Origin: Mobula hypostoma
Lineage: Eukaryota
DNA: 64,000 bases
Direction of reading: 5' to 3'
Assembly (NCBI RefSeq): GCF_963921235.1
Contig: NC_086117.1
Span: forward strand, 25,298,001 to 25,362,000
Shown: piece after piece, positions 49,511-62,870 of the stretch
Position numbering within the stretch: the stretch's first letter is position 1
How the letters are laid out: each line of letters begins with the position of its first letter
Notes under the pieces: model-generated
What the model saw: the letters and a program-made list of their open reading frames with translations, nothing else
The model's database searches: none
What the model was told of the DNA's origin: nothing
Position numbers and translations under genes: made by a program

Positions 49511-51407
49511 TATATTGGTGAAGAGCTGCATTTCTGTTACTGCTTATGAGGGTCCTCTACTCTTGGGGTTCAGGGCAATCCTGTAATTCAGAGAGGGTAG
49601 GAGTGGAGGGAAGGCCTTTTTACTGTAAAAAGGGCTGATACTGGAACTAAAGCTACAGGGTGAGGAGATTTTATTTTGGAGGAAGAGAGAGGCTTAAAAC
49701 CTCTTGCTACTTTGACATAGCTGTACCTACATAAATTCATGTGAGGGAAAACTCTTCTTTTGCATATAGAGAGTGGGGTTACAGAGGCTTGTCAAATGAT
49801 GCCATCAGCACATGGTCATTGGCAGCTCTTTGCACTGGGTGCAAGTTGTTTTCAGGAAGACAAAAGGGTTTCTTTCATCGGAGTGGTGGGTTATCCAGCA
49901 GCAGCTGATGTTTGTGTTGGTACATGTACTTCAGAATCAGAGTCCAGTGTTAGACGATTGTCAGGATGAATACTGACCAAAAAAAACAGGGCATCTTTCT
50001 TTTCCTTTCTCAAATCCAGGAGGAGATGATGTTTCTCCCCGTCACAACTGTGACATTATCACACCTGTTTAGTTAGCTCACCATCAGTTATGCAACACCT
50101 TTGTACTTTTTCAAATGTTCTTGTGGTGTAATGTTTTGTCAAATGACTGACAGTCTGTTCAGAGAAACACTCAATATAATCCGCTGTCTATCTTTTTAGT
50201 GCCTTGAGGACATTATGTGAAGCCTTTTTGATCAGTGTTCAAAAGTGTGTCTTTCCATAAGCTTCCTACTAAGGTCAAGTAGCAGAGCAAAAAGTCACAG
50301 AAGCAATGCACAATTTAACTTGAAATGCTTGTCATCCATATCAGTAAGAGGACTTTATTTTAAAGAAGCTTTACACACTAAACATTTAAATTAATTCAGC
50401 CACTGATTTGTATGATTGATAGCTTAATGTTCATTGGAACTGACTGCTCAGCTTTTGAAATTACTTGGAGTTTGTGCAATGGTAATGGGCTCATATTTAT
50501 CCCAGCATTTATTCTTCATTTCGTACAAAATGTGGAAATTCCATTTGAATATTATTTGCCTATTGCTAAAATAAAATTGCAATGAACTTGACTAGAGCAG
50601 TGCTTGTATCCCACAGAAGTCCCAGTCTGTGGTCGAGGCAGCTTGTTGTGACAGGACTTGGGGGTGGGTGTCGAATTTTACTTTGAGCACCTGCTGTTAC
50701 AAATGCAATCTTATAATTTATTGTGCATTTATGTATTGGGAGTGGTATGAACTGTAATTTTAAAGCCTATAGGGTGACTCCCTCCCCGCTAACTGCGCTC
50801 TTAATTCTGGTGTTTGTCCCTTTCCTCAGGAGACAAATTCCCTTCTCAAAAAAACCAACGTAGACAAAATTGGATGTTGTGTATTGGATAATTATGACCT
50901 GTTATACATTTTCTTTTCAACAACTTCCATTTAGTTCTCTCTGAGCCTATTTTTCTGGCTTAGTGCTTTTGGATTGACATAATCTTCTAGTTATACTATT
51001 TATAAAGAATTGTAAATTTAATTTGAGGAATTCTGCTTTCCTTACATTCACAAAGTAATGTAAAATGCTGAATCCTTCAGGGCTGAAACATTACTGGTCT
51101 GCATCCAAAACAATAATTAAGCTTCCTCCCTTCAGTGTCATCTAACAACAGTTATTTTATATATAACCTTAAAGGGACAGCCACCCACCCCGTAAGATCT
51201 CAATTTGGTCTTACTTAGCATTAAAACAAAAACTGCTTCAGTTGATTGTGTAGTATTTTGTACATCTGTCTACAGCAGGAGGACGGATTGAAGCAGAGCG
51301 GTTACCAGGATGGATTTTAATAACATAGGGAGCACGTTTTTTTGGTATATGTGGAATAAAGATTGGTCTGTGTTCAATTTGACCGCACTTGGTGTATTGA
51401 TTTGCAG

Positions 51408-51507
51408 GGAAATTTATGCACAGTTCTTGAAGGAAATGATCATCCAGCCCGGCATTGCCAGGGCAAATTTGGGTTTCTTTCGAGAGGATGTCACGTTAGA
51501 AGACCAC
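51408..51507 (+). CDS. TBC1D13: TBC1D13 exon 5
   Basis: EIYAQFLKEMIIQPGIARANLGFFREDVTLEDH, 100 nt, donor GTGAGT. Confidence 0.95.
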
Positions 51508-51629
51508 GTGAGTCCCTGTTTACTTTTTGTCAGGAGGGCAAACAGCTTTCATCAATCAATTTATTTCATACTTTAACTGCTATCCAGGACCAGGTCCTAG
51601 GGGTAATGCACCTGCAGTGATCTGCTTTT

Positions 51630-52175
51630 CTAGAATCAGATATACAGCATATGAAGAAGCCATTTGGCCACCATTTTCATGCTGATCACAAATCTATATT
51701 GATCCCATCTTCCAGCGCTTGGCCTGTAGCCTTCAGTACCAATTGAAATATTAGTCAAGACATTTCTTAAATGCTGCCAACAGCTCTACTTCCATCATTC
51801 TGCAGTGTATTTTAGGTACTCACCACTTTCCGGGTGAAGGAGATCGTCTTTGAATTCCCTCCAAATCGCTTTCTCTTCCCCTGCCCCTACTTTACCCTAA
51901 ATCTATATGTTGCAGTTTTATTCATCTATGATAAGGGGGTGTGCTTCTTGCTGTCTACCTTATCTATACTTCTCAATCATGTCCTCTCATAGCCTCCTCC
52001 TATCCAGAGCTAGCCTTTCCAATCTCTTATCATAACTAAAACATTCCATTCCAGGCAACACCCTGATAATCTCCCATGCACTGTCTGCAGCACGATCACG
52101 TATTTCTTATATTGTAGTGGCTAGACTTGCAGGCAGTGCCTCAGCTTGAAGTCTGACCAGTGTTTTATAAAGTCG
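51630..52175 (-). mobile_element. Decayed CR1-type LINE 3' fragment
   Basis: Reverse-strand similarity to the other CR1 3' ends in the window. Confidence 0.55.
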
Positions 52176-52287
52176 GAGCATATTGTGTGGAATTTGCACA
52201 GTGACCATGTGGATTCTTCCAGATGCTCCAGTTTCCTGTATTTTCTTACAATTAAATTTTTCCTTTTCCCATTCATTTTCTGAACAG

Positions 52288-52370
52288 CCCTTGAATCCAA
52301 ACCCTGATAGTCAATGGAACACTTACTTTAAAGACAACGAGGTTCTCCTGCAAATTGACAAAGATGTCCG
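52288..52370 (+). CDS. TBC1D13: TBC1D13 exon 6
   Basis: PLNPNPDSQWNTYFKDNEVLLQIDKDVR, containing the TBC IxxDxxR arginine-finger motif. 83 nt. Confidence 0.96.
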
Positions 52371-53371
52371 GTAAGAAGACGAAGAAATTGGTACTGATAA
52401 AGCATCTTTCATTTTCTTGGGATATTCCCAACATGATTGTGAGAGATAAAATATTTTTGATGTGCAGTTGTTTTGCAACTAAAACTGTGAGAATGGTTGT
52501 GCAGAGCAAGTTCTCTGAAATTGTAGTGCCTTAGGAATATAGAAACAGGAGATCACTCAGTCCCCTTGACTGCCTTAAAATTCACTTAAATTACAGTGAT
52601 CTGTATGTCGTTCCTACTTACCTACCTGTGCTCCAAGCCTGTATTTGCATTTATCTAACAAAAATCTATTCTTCAGTTGATCCCTAACAAACACATTTAG
52701 TTCTGGATATCTAGCACTCAATATGTAAAAGGTACTTGCCAATCTAACTCTAAATGGTTTGATTCTAATTTTAAAATAATGCCTTGTGATTCTTCATTCC
52801 CTTACTGGGGATTTTTTTCCCTCAGTATCAAACCTGTTGAATCTTTTCAATGTACTGTATTTTTAAACAACTTAATTTGATGAACCGTCTCAGCCCAAAA
52901 GGTTGATTGTTTATTCCTTTCCATAGATGCTGCCAGACCTGTTGAGTTCCTCTAGCATGCTATATGTGTTGCTCTGGATTTCCAACATCTGCACAATCTC
53001 TTGTGTTTTTAGTTTCATCATGCCCGAATATCTTAAACTCGGGAATATAAACAAAATTTATGTAGCCTTGTATTGCACTGGATTGAATTTAAATGTTTCT
53101 TCTTGCTATTGTGCTTCATGAAATCCTAATCAGTAATTCCAACATTGTGTGGCTGGTCAAGCCCACTTAAGATTTTTCTGATGTTCTGGTGTGGATTTGG
53201 GTTCCTAACTTTGCCTAAGAAATGTACAGGAGTCATGAAAGTGTACAGTATATATAGAAAAAGGGGTAGAGGAGATTAGAAAATTAACTTTTTTGTATTT
53301 TAAGTTGAAGTGAAGGAATTCTTCTTTTTAAACTGTCTCTAACTCGCTCTTACTTAATTCCTCTCTTCCAG

Positions 53372-53531
53372 GCGACTATATCCAGACATGGCATTTTTCC
53401 AGCGGCCTACTGACTATCCATGTCTTCTGATTATGGATCCCCAAAATGAATTTGAAACACTTCGAAAGCGGGTAGAGCAAACCACCTTGAAATCCCAAAC
53501 AGTTGCACATAATCGGAGTGGTGTCACTAAT
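53372..53531 (+). CDS. TBC1D13: TBC1D13 exon 7
   Basis: RLYPDMAFFQRPTDYPCLLIMDPQNEFETLRKRVEQTTLKSQTVAHNRSGVTN, 160 nt. Confidence 0.96.
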
Positions 53532-53866
53532 GTAAGATCTGCATTATGAAATAATTCTTATATTTCTAATAATTGATTCAGCCTGGCAAGAACTTGCATT
53601 TGCATCAGCTGTTTCTTGCTCAGTTTAATCTTGTTGGTATTTTTTCTCAGTGATTAAAGATATTTTACACTTCATTGATAACTTTTTTCATTTATTAAAG
53701 TTTCATTCATCTGTATTGCCTGGTGCAGTTGTGTCTAAATGATATCTGCCAGCAAATAGTTTCAATTAATCTAAATTAGTTTGCTTATTCTGTGCACTGC
53801 TATGCCAAGATGTTAATTAGATTTTCATCTCCAGTTAGTTCCTAGATATTTTTCCTCTTTCAATAG

Positions 53867-54068
53867 GTTTGCTCCCCTCGCAAAACTGCCTCTGCCAATG
53901 AGTATGAAGTGCTCCCCAATGGCTGCGAGGCTCACTGGGAGGTGGTTGAGAGAATCCTATTCATTTATGCCAAGCTGAATCCAGGAATCGCTTATGTACA
54001 GGGCATGAATGAGATTGTGGGTCCAATTTACTATACCTTCGCTACCGATCCGAATACAGAGTGGAAAG
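53867..54068 (+). CDS. TBC1D13: TBC1D13 exon 8
   Basis: VCSPRKTASANEYEVLPNGCEAHWEVVERILFIYAKLNPGIAYVQGMNEIVGP...EWK, containing the YxQ glutamine finger. 202 nt. Confidence 0.96.
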
Positions 54069-55191
54069 GTGAAGTTCTGAGACTTCTGTCATGACATGAA
54101 AACCACAGGATTAATGAATGATATGTTGTTGTGAACTACTTGTCCTGTCCCTGCTTTCCTCCTCTTTAAATAGATTTCATCCATTTTCCATTGCATTTGC
54201 GGGATGGGACCAAAATTTTTAAACAAAGTTATGCCACAGGAATGGATTATTTTAACTAACTAATATAAGCAGTGTTATAAGAAATAATAAATATAAATAG
54301 TATTATTTCATACGGCTCCTTAAGCCCATTGTGCATGTCAACTCTATCCCAATAACTCTTGATTCCATTGGTATCCAAATCTCTGTTATCCCTTGCATTG
54401 TGACTGAGAACTCTCAGCTCACTGGCAATAGGAAATTCCAAAGATTCCAACGTGCTGTGTGGAAATACCTTAGTTCTGAAAATCATCTGATTCGCACTGT
54501 CTATTTATGAAAATCAAACTCTTAGCAATCACTCTGTTAGGCTACCAAGAACTTTTCACATTTCAGTGAGATCTCTTCTCAGGTATTGTTAACAAAGGTA
54601 AACTGATTCTACAACCAACACACATAAAAGTTGCTGGTGAACGCAGCAGGCTGGGCGGCATCTCTAGGAAGAGGTACAGTCGACGTTTCAGGCCCAGACC
54701 CTTTGTCAGGATGAAGCCGATTCTACTTCTTCTTTATAAGAAAACCCTTTCTTTCTGAAGAATAACTAGGTTCTCTGTATAAGCCTCCTCTCATTCCACT
54801 TTATTTCAATATGTCCTTCTATAAATTTATCCCTTAAGTGCTTTCACATCTTTCCCTGAACTGGCATCCAGAATATTTTCATCAACAGTCCCACTGTAGT
54901 AGTGCATTTCATATTTTCAGAACTCTTAAGAAGTTTTTTAGGAATTATTATGGTCTTTGATTTTTCATTCAATCCAAATGTTTGTCAATGTCTATTGGTG
55001 AGCCATTTATTTAAGGATTCAGTAACTGAACCGTTCTCTCCTTCCTGAACATGTGTTTCTTAGCAGGGATCACTGGCAGTTTCAGAATGAGGGCCCTGAA
55101 TGGTTTCTTTATTTACCCTCTATACACAAATTAGTAGCTTGGAGACTATTGTAATACTCATAACCACATAACACAACATTGATATTAAATT

Positions 55192-55405
55192 CAAGCAACA
55201 CACATCAAAGTTGCTGGTGAACGCAGCAGGCCAGATAGCATCTCTAGGAAGAGGTACAGTCGACATTTCAGTCAGAACTGACGAAAGGTCTCGGCCTGAA
55301 ACGTCGACTGTAGCTCTTCCTAGAGATGCTGCCTGGCCTGCTGCGTTCACCAGCAACTTTGTGTGTTGCTTGAATTTCCAGCATCTGCAGAATTCCTGTT
55401 GTTTG
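55192..55405. mobile_element. Inverted (tail-to-tail) Penelope-tail insertion with TSD
   Basis: About 80-bp inverted arms, flanked by ATTGATATTAAATT at 55178-55191 and 55406-55419. Confidence 0.85.
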
Positions 55406-55997
55406 ATTGATATTAAATTGATGCTGCTCCATTCCCAGTCTGTGGCTGCAGAAGCCATCAGATGATGAAATGTTTTCCATTCGCTTGTTGATTTCAATAG
55501 TATATACAACTCGTTCAACACTTCAACTTTAGGCTTTTTATTTTAATTTTCTTATCCTTCTAAGGTTTCATCACTACCACCCTCAACCACCTTTCCCGTC
55601 TCTGTAATCTCTTCTAGCCCTATAACTCTGAGATATGAGAACTCCTCAAATTCTGGTATCAAGTTATCTTTGAATTGAACTAGTTTAAAATTGCAAACCA
55701 TATTTTCAGTTGCCAAGATCCTAAACTTTGGCCTTGCCACCCTAAAATTCTTTGCCTTTCCATCTTTATTTAAATCAAATTATTTCATTAAAAAAATCTG
55801 TCTGACTATTGCTCATTTGCCTTGCTGCTTTCTTGTAAGGTTCAGTGTTAAATTCTAGCTCTAGAACATTTTGCAGTGTTAAGGCCATTACAGGGATACA
55901 AGCTATTGTGTAAATGTTTTTTTTCTTCTAGTTAGAAATGTGGGGAAATGGAATTCTGCCTGTTTTATATTTTTCTTTGTTTCCCTGAATTATCCAG

Positions 55998-56161
55998 AAC
56001 ATGCAGAAGCAGACACATTTTTCTGTTTCACAAACCTGATGTCAGAGATCAGGGACAATTTCATCAAGAGCCTAGATGACTCGCAGTGTGGGATCACTTG
56101 TAAAATGGAGAAAGTTTACTCTGCACTGAAGGAGAAAGACATGGATCTGTATCTCAAACTG
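55998..56161 (+). CDS. TBC1D13: TBC1D13 exon 9
   Basis: (E)HAEADTFFCFTNLMSEIRDNFIKSLDDSQCGITCKMEKVYSALKEKDMDLYLKL, 164 nt. Confidence 0.96.
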
Positions 56162-57104
56162 GTACGAAAAGGTGTATTAAGACAAATAAGACTGAATGGT
56201 GGAGAGTGTTTCAAACCATTCATCCATCATACCTTGTGCTCTCATTGACTGACATTAGCTACTGGTCTGGCATGTCCTTAGTTTTAAAATTTAAATCTTT
56301 ATTTTCAAAAGCATCCATAGTCTTGCTCCTCCATAAAATCTCTGAATCCACACTCCCATTTTCTGAGATTTCAGGTTCATTACACATTCCTCATTCGCTC
56401 ACTGAATCATAGGCAGACTTGCCTTCAGCCATCTAAATCTTAGACTCTCGTGTCCTTTGCCCTCGCCCCTCCTCTTTTTAGACACTTCTTAAAAATTTTT
56501 TTCTTCCTCTTTCATCATTCTCTTAGTCAAACTTTTATTGATAACTCTCCTTGCATGCTTCAATGCATTTGTATAAATGTAAATGATTATGCTAAAGAAA
56601 TGTTGACATTAAACTCCAAATAACAAGCTTCAAAGAGAGAGATAAATATCAGAAAATAAACAAGGGCTTTTTTAAACAAGAGAAAATACACTGAACATGT
56701 CAGGAAAGTTTGTATATATTTGGGGAAATAAGTGATCCAAGCAGTCTGTATGAAGAAATATTTGCATATAAATGCCTTTCATCACCTCAGTATGTTGAAA
56801 TATGGCCAATTTTTAAGAGTAATGTCTTGTAATGGTGAGAAGTACAATGAATGTAAGCATTTCTTTATTTGCCAATTCACAGACCTGTCCCATCAAACAA
56901 CAAAATGTTGATCCATTTCAGCATCCTATCATTTCACAATCAGATTCTGTGGTCTCAGGGGCATTGTTACCATTAAAAAGAACAATGCATTTTGCATACA
57001 TGCCTTAACACTAATGGCCTATCAAGTGTATTATCTGACTAAGTGTGAGTAAACACATGGGAGATCTGCTAAGAACGGCAACAGCTTGTATTTAAATAGA
57101 ACCT

Positions 57105-57395
57105 TCAACGTGGTAGCATATAGCGGTTAGCGTGTTGCTTTTACAGCTCAGGAAGTCGCAGTTCCACAGTCCTCTGCAAGTAAGTTTTGCGTTCTTCCAG
57201 TGTGCACATGGGTTTCCTCCGAATGGCCCGGTTCCCTCGCTCAGTCCAAAGACATGCCAGTTAGTAGGTTAATTGGTCATTAGAAATTGTCCTGTGATTA
57301 AACTGGGGTTGAATTGGTAGGTTGCTGGGCTGCGTGTCTTGGTGGGCCAGAAGAACCTGTTCCACACTGTATATCCAAAACAAATAAATAAAATA
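57105..57395 (+). mobile_element. V-SINE/HE1-like tRNA-derived SINE
   Basis: TAGCGGTTAG head, TGGGTTTCCTCC...CAGTCCAAAGACATG domain and (AAAT)n tail. Further copies at ~46340-46560 (+) and ~10370-10540 (-). Confidence 0.75.
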
Positions 57396-57612
57396 TGTGG
57401 TGTAGATGAGATAAATGGCATAGAATCAGTTAAAGGAAAGTCTGAAAAGGATACCAAGTATGTTTTACTCACGAAATTGAAAGTGCAATGGAGGAGGCCT
57501 GTGGGAGCCATGAACTCTATGGAAATGTAATAGCTTGTACTTACACTGTGAATACTGTGTAATTGGATAATTCAGGCCAATGCTTCACGTGGTTTTACAT
57601 TTTGCATTCCAG

Positions 57613-57773
57613 CAAGAGCAGAATATCAAACCACAATTTTTTGCCTTTCGCTGGCTCACACTGCTGCTATCACAGGAGTTCCTTCTTCCTGATGTTATCC
57701 GAATATGGGATTCCCTCTTCTCTGACGTTGACAGATTTGATTTCCTCATCCTAGTCTGCTGTGCCATGTTGAT
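57613..57773 (+). CDS. TBC1D13: TBC1D13 exon 10
   Basis: QEQNIKPQFFAFRWLTLLLSQEFLLPDVIRIWDSLFSDVDRFDFLILVCCAML, 161 nt. Confidence 0.96.
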
Positions 57774-58857
57774 GTAAGTCGCAAAATCCATCATTTTTCT
57801 GACATGAGAGTCGTTGCGCTTTATAAAAGATGCAGTGCTTTCTCTTTTCAAGCCAACATATTTGAATGTGAGGTTAATCGAGGCTGTCTGTCACTCAAAT
57901 TCACTGGAATAACCTGGTTTGTTTCTTGAAGCTCTTTCATGTTACCCGCTAGGGTAGGAGCCTGAGATTGTGAGCACAGGTTGTCAGGGAACTAAATTTC
58001 AGAACAGTCCATTCAAGCTTGTATATTGCAGATTCTTTTCAACAAATGTTGTATATTGAACAGCAGCAGCAGTAAGATTCACTCATACTTCCTGTGCCAA
58101 TTCTTTCAAAATTATATTTAGTGATCCTTCAAAGCTCTGAGAATTTATCTTTTTCAAGTATTTCTTAAGCTCAATTCCTGCATCTACTGTGGGTCCTATC
58201 TATGAGTGAGTTTATGAGTCACATTTTGTAAGCTTGAGCCCAATTTGTTACTAAGAGGATGCCTAACTATTTGGATGTCCCCCTTTTCTCTGCACTAAAT
58301 TCCTTGTTGCATTATTTCACAAGTAGGTCTTTTCTGGTTATCTTGCTGAATATTTATCTTTCACCCAGTGTGACTGGAACCTTTTATGTGGTCATTGACT
58401 TATTTCTGTTCCTAAGATATTGCTCTGTTAAGGTTGTTTTCATACTTACTATTCTATAACAGGAGTTCTTCATTAACTATAATGCATTTGGGTTGTTCTA
58501 ACGCTGTGGAAGTTTACAAGTATTTAAATGATATAAGGAATGAGAAGTAGAAGATGAACTTTGAAGTGTGGCAGGGTAATCTGCACATCAGATAAATGTG
58601 AGGTATTTCGCATATGAACACATTTCCTTTGATTAGTTGGAGAGAGTGCTATGTGTACAGCTGACTTGAAACTGGGTGAACTTTACAAATTACTTCAAGT
58701 AAGTTGAATAAGTAAGTATATTCAATAAACATACTTAAGTATGTTTAAATAATTCTAGACATCATTATAATATTTTGTCTGATTAAGTATAAATGATGTC
58801 ATGATAGTTTTTAAGTAATTATTGTAGGTAGTAAAAGCTGTTGTGTTTTTCTTGCAG

Positions 58858-58915
58858 TTTGATTCGAGATCAGTTGCTTGCTGGAGACTTCACAATAAAC
58901 ATGAGACTGCTACAG
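58858..58915 (+). CDS. TBC1D13: TBC1D13 exon 11 (terminal exon not found in window)
   Basis: LIRDQLLAGDFTINMRLLQ, donor GTGAGG, 58 nt. Exons 1-11 total 1128 nt in frame. Confidence 0.94.
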
Positions 58916-60189
58916 GTGAGGAAATATGAAAGAATGAATTCCCTAATGAAACTGTATTTGAGATTCTCCAAATTACTAATGAAGCAAAAGAAGATTGTGA
59001 ACACGTTAGCTGGTAATCTTTTAACTCCTGAGGGGTTTAGGCTGATTAATAATCTGGTAAGGTGCGAGTGTTATTGCACTTGTCTGATAGGCCATGACGT
59101 GAATGCTCCGTCTATGCCATGTCACCTTTTGTGAGTTCATTGGGGTGGAGTGGAGTGTGGTGGGGTTAGTCCTATCACTGTGGGAAGGTGTTTTGGACTT
59201 GCAGGGTGGAATAGATTCACCCATATCCATCGAGAGTGAGTATATCCTTCCAGGGGGTGCCACCCAGAGCTCGAGCTCCATTCTCAGGGACTGCTGACAG
59301 TGTGAACTCTACACCTTCTCATTTAAAGGCAAAAGTGATGCCATTTGGCTAAAACCTTACTCTGATATTCTACAGAGGAAAATAAACTGCATTGACACAG
59401 CCACTAGTGTTCATTTTATAGGATTTAATTTTTTGCTGTACCTGTTCCTGTTGCTATAGATCCTGCTCCTAAAGTGAGCAGGATCTATTAAATTATATTG
59501 ATAATTGTTTGTTTCCTGCTGTGTCTTACACATCAGCTTCATACCTCCTATTGCAGGACCTATTGTTGGCATTTAGAATTGGTACCAGCTTTTGCAGATC
59601 GCACTCCCAGTATCCCCCAGCCTTTTTACCTCCCTCACTCACCCAACGTCCATATGGTGGTAGTGCTCTAGAGATGCCTATCATGCTAAGCTGCATGGTG
59701 AGATGGTGAACTTAAAAATAATCCTACTGTAGTGCCATGAGATCCAACAACACTGTAGAATTGGATCTTCCTTGTAATTTCTAAAATAACGAGCTTGTAC
59801 CACCAGGAGGACACAGAGTAAGCTAGCTTTTGAGACACTGGAGGCCAATTTCTCAAACACACTGAAGCAATGGATACCCTGAAGGGAAGCTAAACCACTT
59901 CTTCTGCTCTTATTGCCTCTGGTGATGAGGACTCCCATCTACTTCTGCTCAACTTCTGCCTCTTACACTCTATAAGCTTGCAGTTGTCCAAAGCTCTGCT
60001 ATCCATATTGTAACTTAAGTGGTCTGAAGAAACTGTCGTCCTTGTTCTCATTTACCCTTATTGGATGTTAGGCAACACATCAGTCTCATCTCATCCAAAA
60101 TCTGGACACTTTCAAACTGCTAATTGCACGACCTCTAGCTCTGGTTCTTGCCTGGACCTTGACCCCCAGCACCTCCAGGCCAAGACTTT

Positions 60190-62870
60190 CAAGCATTGCC
60201 GCTGTACCCCCATTCTCCCCTTCCCCCACCACCACTCTGCAACCCCACATCTCTCAGACCCCACTATCAGCTCGTGTCCTTGGAGACTCCATCTTCCTCC
60301 CACCCCACCTTCCCTGAACACCCTCCTCTCTCCTCTGACACCATCAGCTATCTTTCCCCCTTCGATCCCACGCTCATCCTTGCTGTGTCTTCACTATTCC
60401 TTCTGACCTTCTCCTCTCTGAAGCAGAAAGTTATGTCATCGGTAAGAGCCTCACCTTTGTCCCCCTTTGCCTGCACCTCAGTGAGTTCCATGCCTGCCAT
60501 GACATCGATTTCTTCTTCCACTGAGCCCACTTCTTGGACAAGGATTCTACACCCCATGCTGAGGATCCCTTCTCCCGTCTTCAACTCTGCTTCTCTTCTT
60601 GCACAGCCTGCTCTGGCTCTCTGCCTGTTTTGGATCTTTTCATCTCAAGTTGTTGATGAGGCATCAATCGCCTCGACTTCACTCCCCTCTCCTCCTCCAA
60701 CCTTATCCCTTCTAAATGCACTGCCCTTCACTCTCTCTGCACCAATCCCAACCTTACTGTCAAACTCACAGACAAAGGGTGTGCTGTTGTAGTGTAGTGC
60801 ACTGACCTCTATGTTGCTGAGACAAGAAATCTCATCATACTTACCCCTCAAGGAGGACCCCACTCCTCACAATCAGAAAACTCTCTCTGACATCATCACT
60901 GACCTCAACCACTCTTGAGAACTTCAACCACCGCCACTGAACTCATAGTTCCCTTACCCTGCATTGCTCATTTTTACCTCCTACCCAAGATCCACAAACC
61001 ACACTGTCCAGGTAGGCCGATTGTCTCTGCCTGTTTCTGCCCCACTTGAACTCGTGTCCTCATCTCTCGATTCCATTCTATCCTCCTTGGTTCAGTCCCT
61101 TCCCACCTATATCTGTGACACTTCTCATGTTATCAATCCCCTCACTAACTTTCAATTCCCTGGCCCTGACCACCTCATCTTCACCATGGATGTTCAGTCC
61201 CTATACACTCCTATTCCCCATCAAGAAGGTCTCAAAACTCTCCGCTTCTTTCTTGACAAAAGAACCAACTAATCCCCCTCCACCAACACCCTTCTCCGTC
61301 TGGCACAACTGATCCTCACCCTGAACAATTTTTCCTTTGATCCTTTCACTTTCTGCAAACTTGAGGGGTAGCCATTGGGACTCACATGGGCCTAGCTGTG
61401 CTTGCCTCTTGGTCGCCTATGTAGAATAGTCTGTTTGAAGCCTTCCCCAGTTCTACTCCTAACTCTTCTTCAGCTACATTGACGACTGCTTCATGCACTC
61501 ATGCTGAACTAATCAATTTTATCAACGTTGCCTCTAACTTCCACCCTTCCCATAAATTCACTTGGTCTATCTCTGACACCTCCCTCCTCCCCTTTCTCAA
61601 TCTCTGTCTTCACTCTGGAGACAAACTGCCAACCAACTTTTTTAAAGCTACTGATTTCCACAGTTATCTTGACTTTACCTCTTCCCACCCTATCTCCTGT
61701 AAAAATACTATTCCTCTTTCTCAGTTTCTTTGCCTTCACCACATCTATTCCAGGACATGGCTTTCCGTTCCAGAATATCAAAGATGTCCTCCTCCTTTAA
61801 AGAATGGGGCTTCCCTCTCTCCACTGTTGACACTACCCTCAGCTGCATCTCCTGCATTTCCTGTACATCCATGCTCACCCCATCTTCCTGCTGCCTTAAC
61901 AATGATAGAGTCGCTCTTGTCTTTACCTACTACCCCATCAGCCTCCACATCCAATACATTCCCTCCGCAGCTTCCGCCATCTCCAAAGGGATCCTACCAT
62001 TAAACATATCTTTACCTCCCCCCCCCCACCACTCCGCTTTCCACAGGAATAGCTCCCTCCGTGATTCTCTTGTTCTCTTGTCCATCCCCACTAATCTCCC
62101 TCCAGGTACTATCCCTGCAAGTGGCCTGAGTACTACACCTGTCCATACACCACCTCTCTCAACTCCATTAGGGGCCCCAAACAGTCTTTCCAGGTTAGGC
62201 AACACTTACCTGCGAAGCTGCTGGGGTTGTCTATTGTGTCCGGTGCTCCTGATGTGGCTATTCTACGTTGGCGAGACTCGCTGTAAATTGGGGGCCCGCT
62301 TTGTCGAGCACCTCCGCACCATCTGTTACAAGCGGGACTTCCTTAGTGGCCAAACATTTTAATTCTGATTCCCTTTTCCATTCTGACATGTTGATCCATG
62401 GCCACCTCTTGTGCCAAGATGAGGCCACCATCTGGGTGAAGGAGTAACAACTTGTATTCCATCTGGGTATCCTCCAACCTGATGGTATGAATATTGATAT
62501 CTCCTGGTGAACAAAATTCTTTTCTCCTCCCCCCCTGCCCTCTATTCCCCACTCTGACCTTTCACTTTCTCACCTGCCTATGGTCCAACCTCCTCTCCTA
62601 TCAGATTCTTTCCTCTCTAACCCTTGACATTTCCCACCCACCTGACTTCACCTATCACCTTCTAGCTAGCATCTTTCTCCTCTTCCCCCCCCCCCACCTT
62701 TTTATTTTGGCATCTTCTCCCTTCCTTAGTCCTGAAGAAGTGTCTCAGCCTGAAACGTCGACTTTTTTTTCTTTGACATGGATGCTACATGACCTGCTGA
62801 ATTCCTCCAGCATTTTTTGTGTGTGTGTTGCTTTGGATTTCCAGCATCTGCAGACTTACTCAAGTTTGTG
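60190..62870 (+). mobile_element. Longer, decayed Penelope-like element in TBC1D13 intron 11
   Basis: Frameshifted RT relics FTMDVQSLYTPIPHQEGL, SYIDD and NFINVASNFHPSHKFTWSIS; GIY-YIG relic FYVGETRCKLGARFVEHL. The 3' tail is homologous to 25704-26130. Confidence 0.9.
62728..62763 (+). ncRNA. Minimal hammerhead ribozyme motif (sense to TBC1D13)
   Basis: AGTC-CTGAAGA-AGT-GTCTCAG-CCT-GAAA-C-GTC-GACT. Core and helix I intact, one helix II mismatch. Confidence 0.65.

Noticed and set aside
9346..58915. Non-canonical or U12-type introns
   Set aside because: All inferred junctions are GT-AG with ordinary U2-type donors; no GTATCCT/ATATCCT donors at the junctions.
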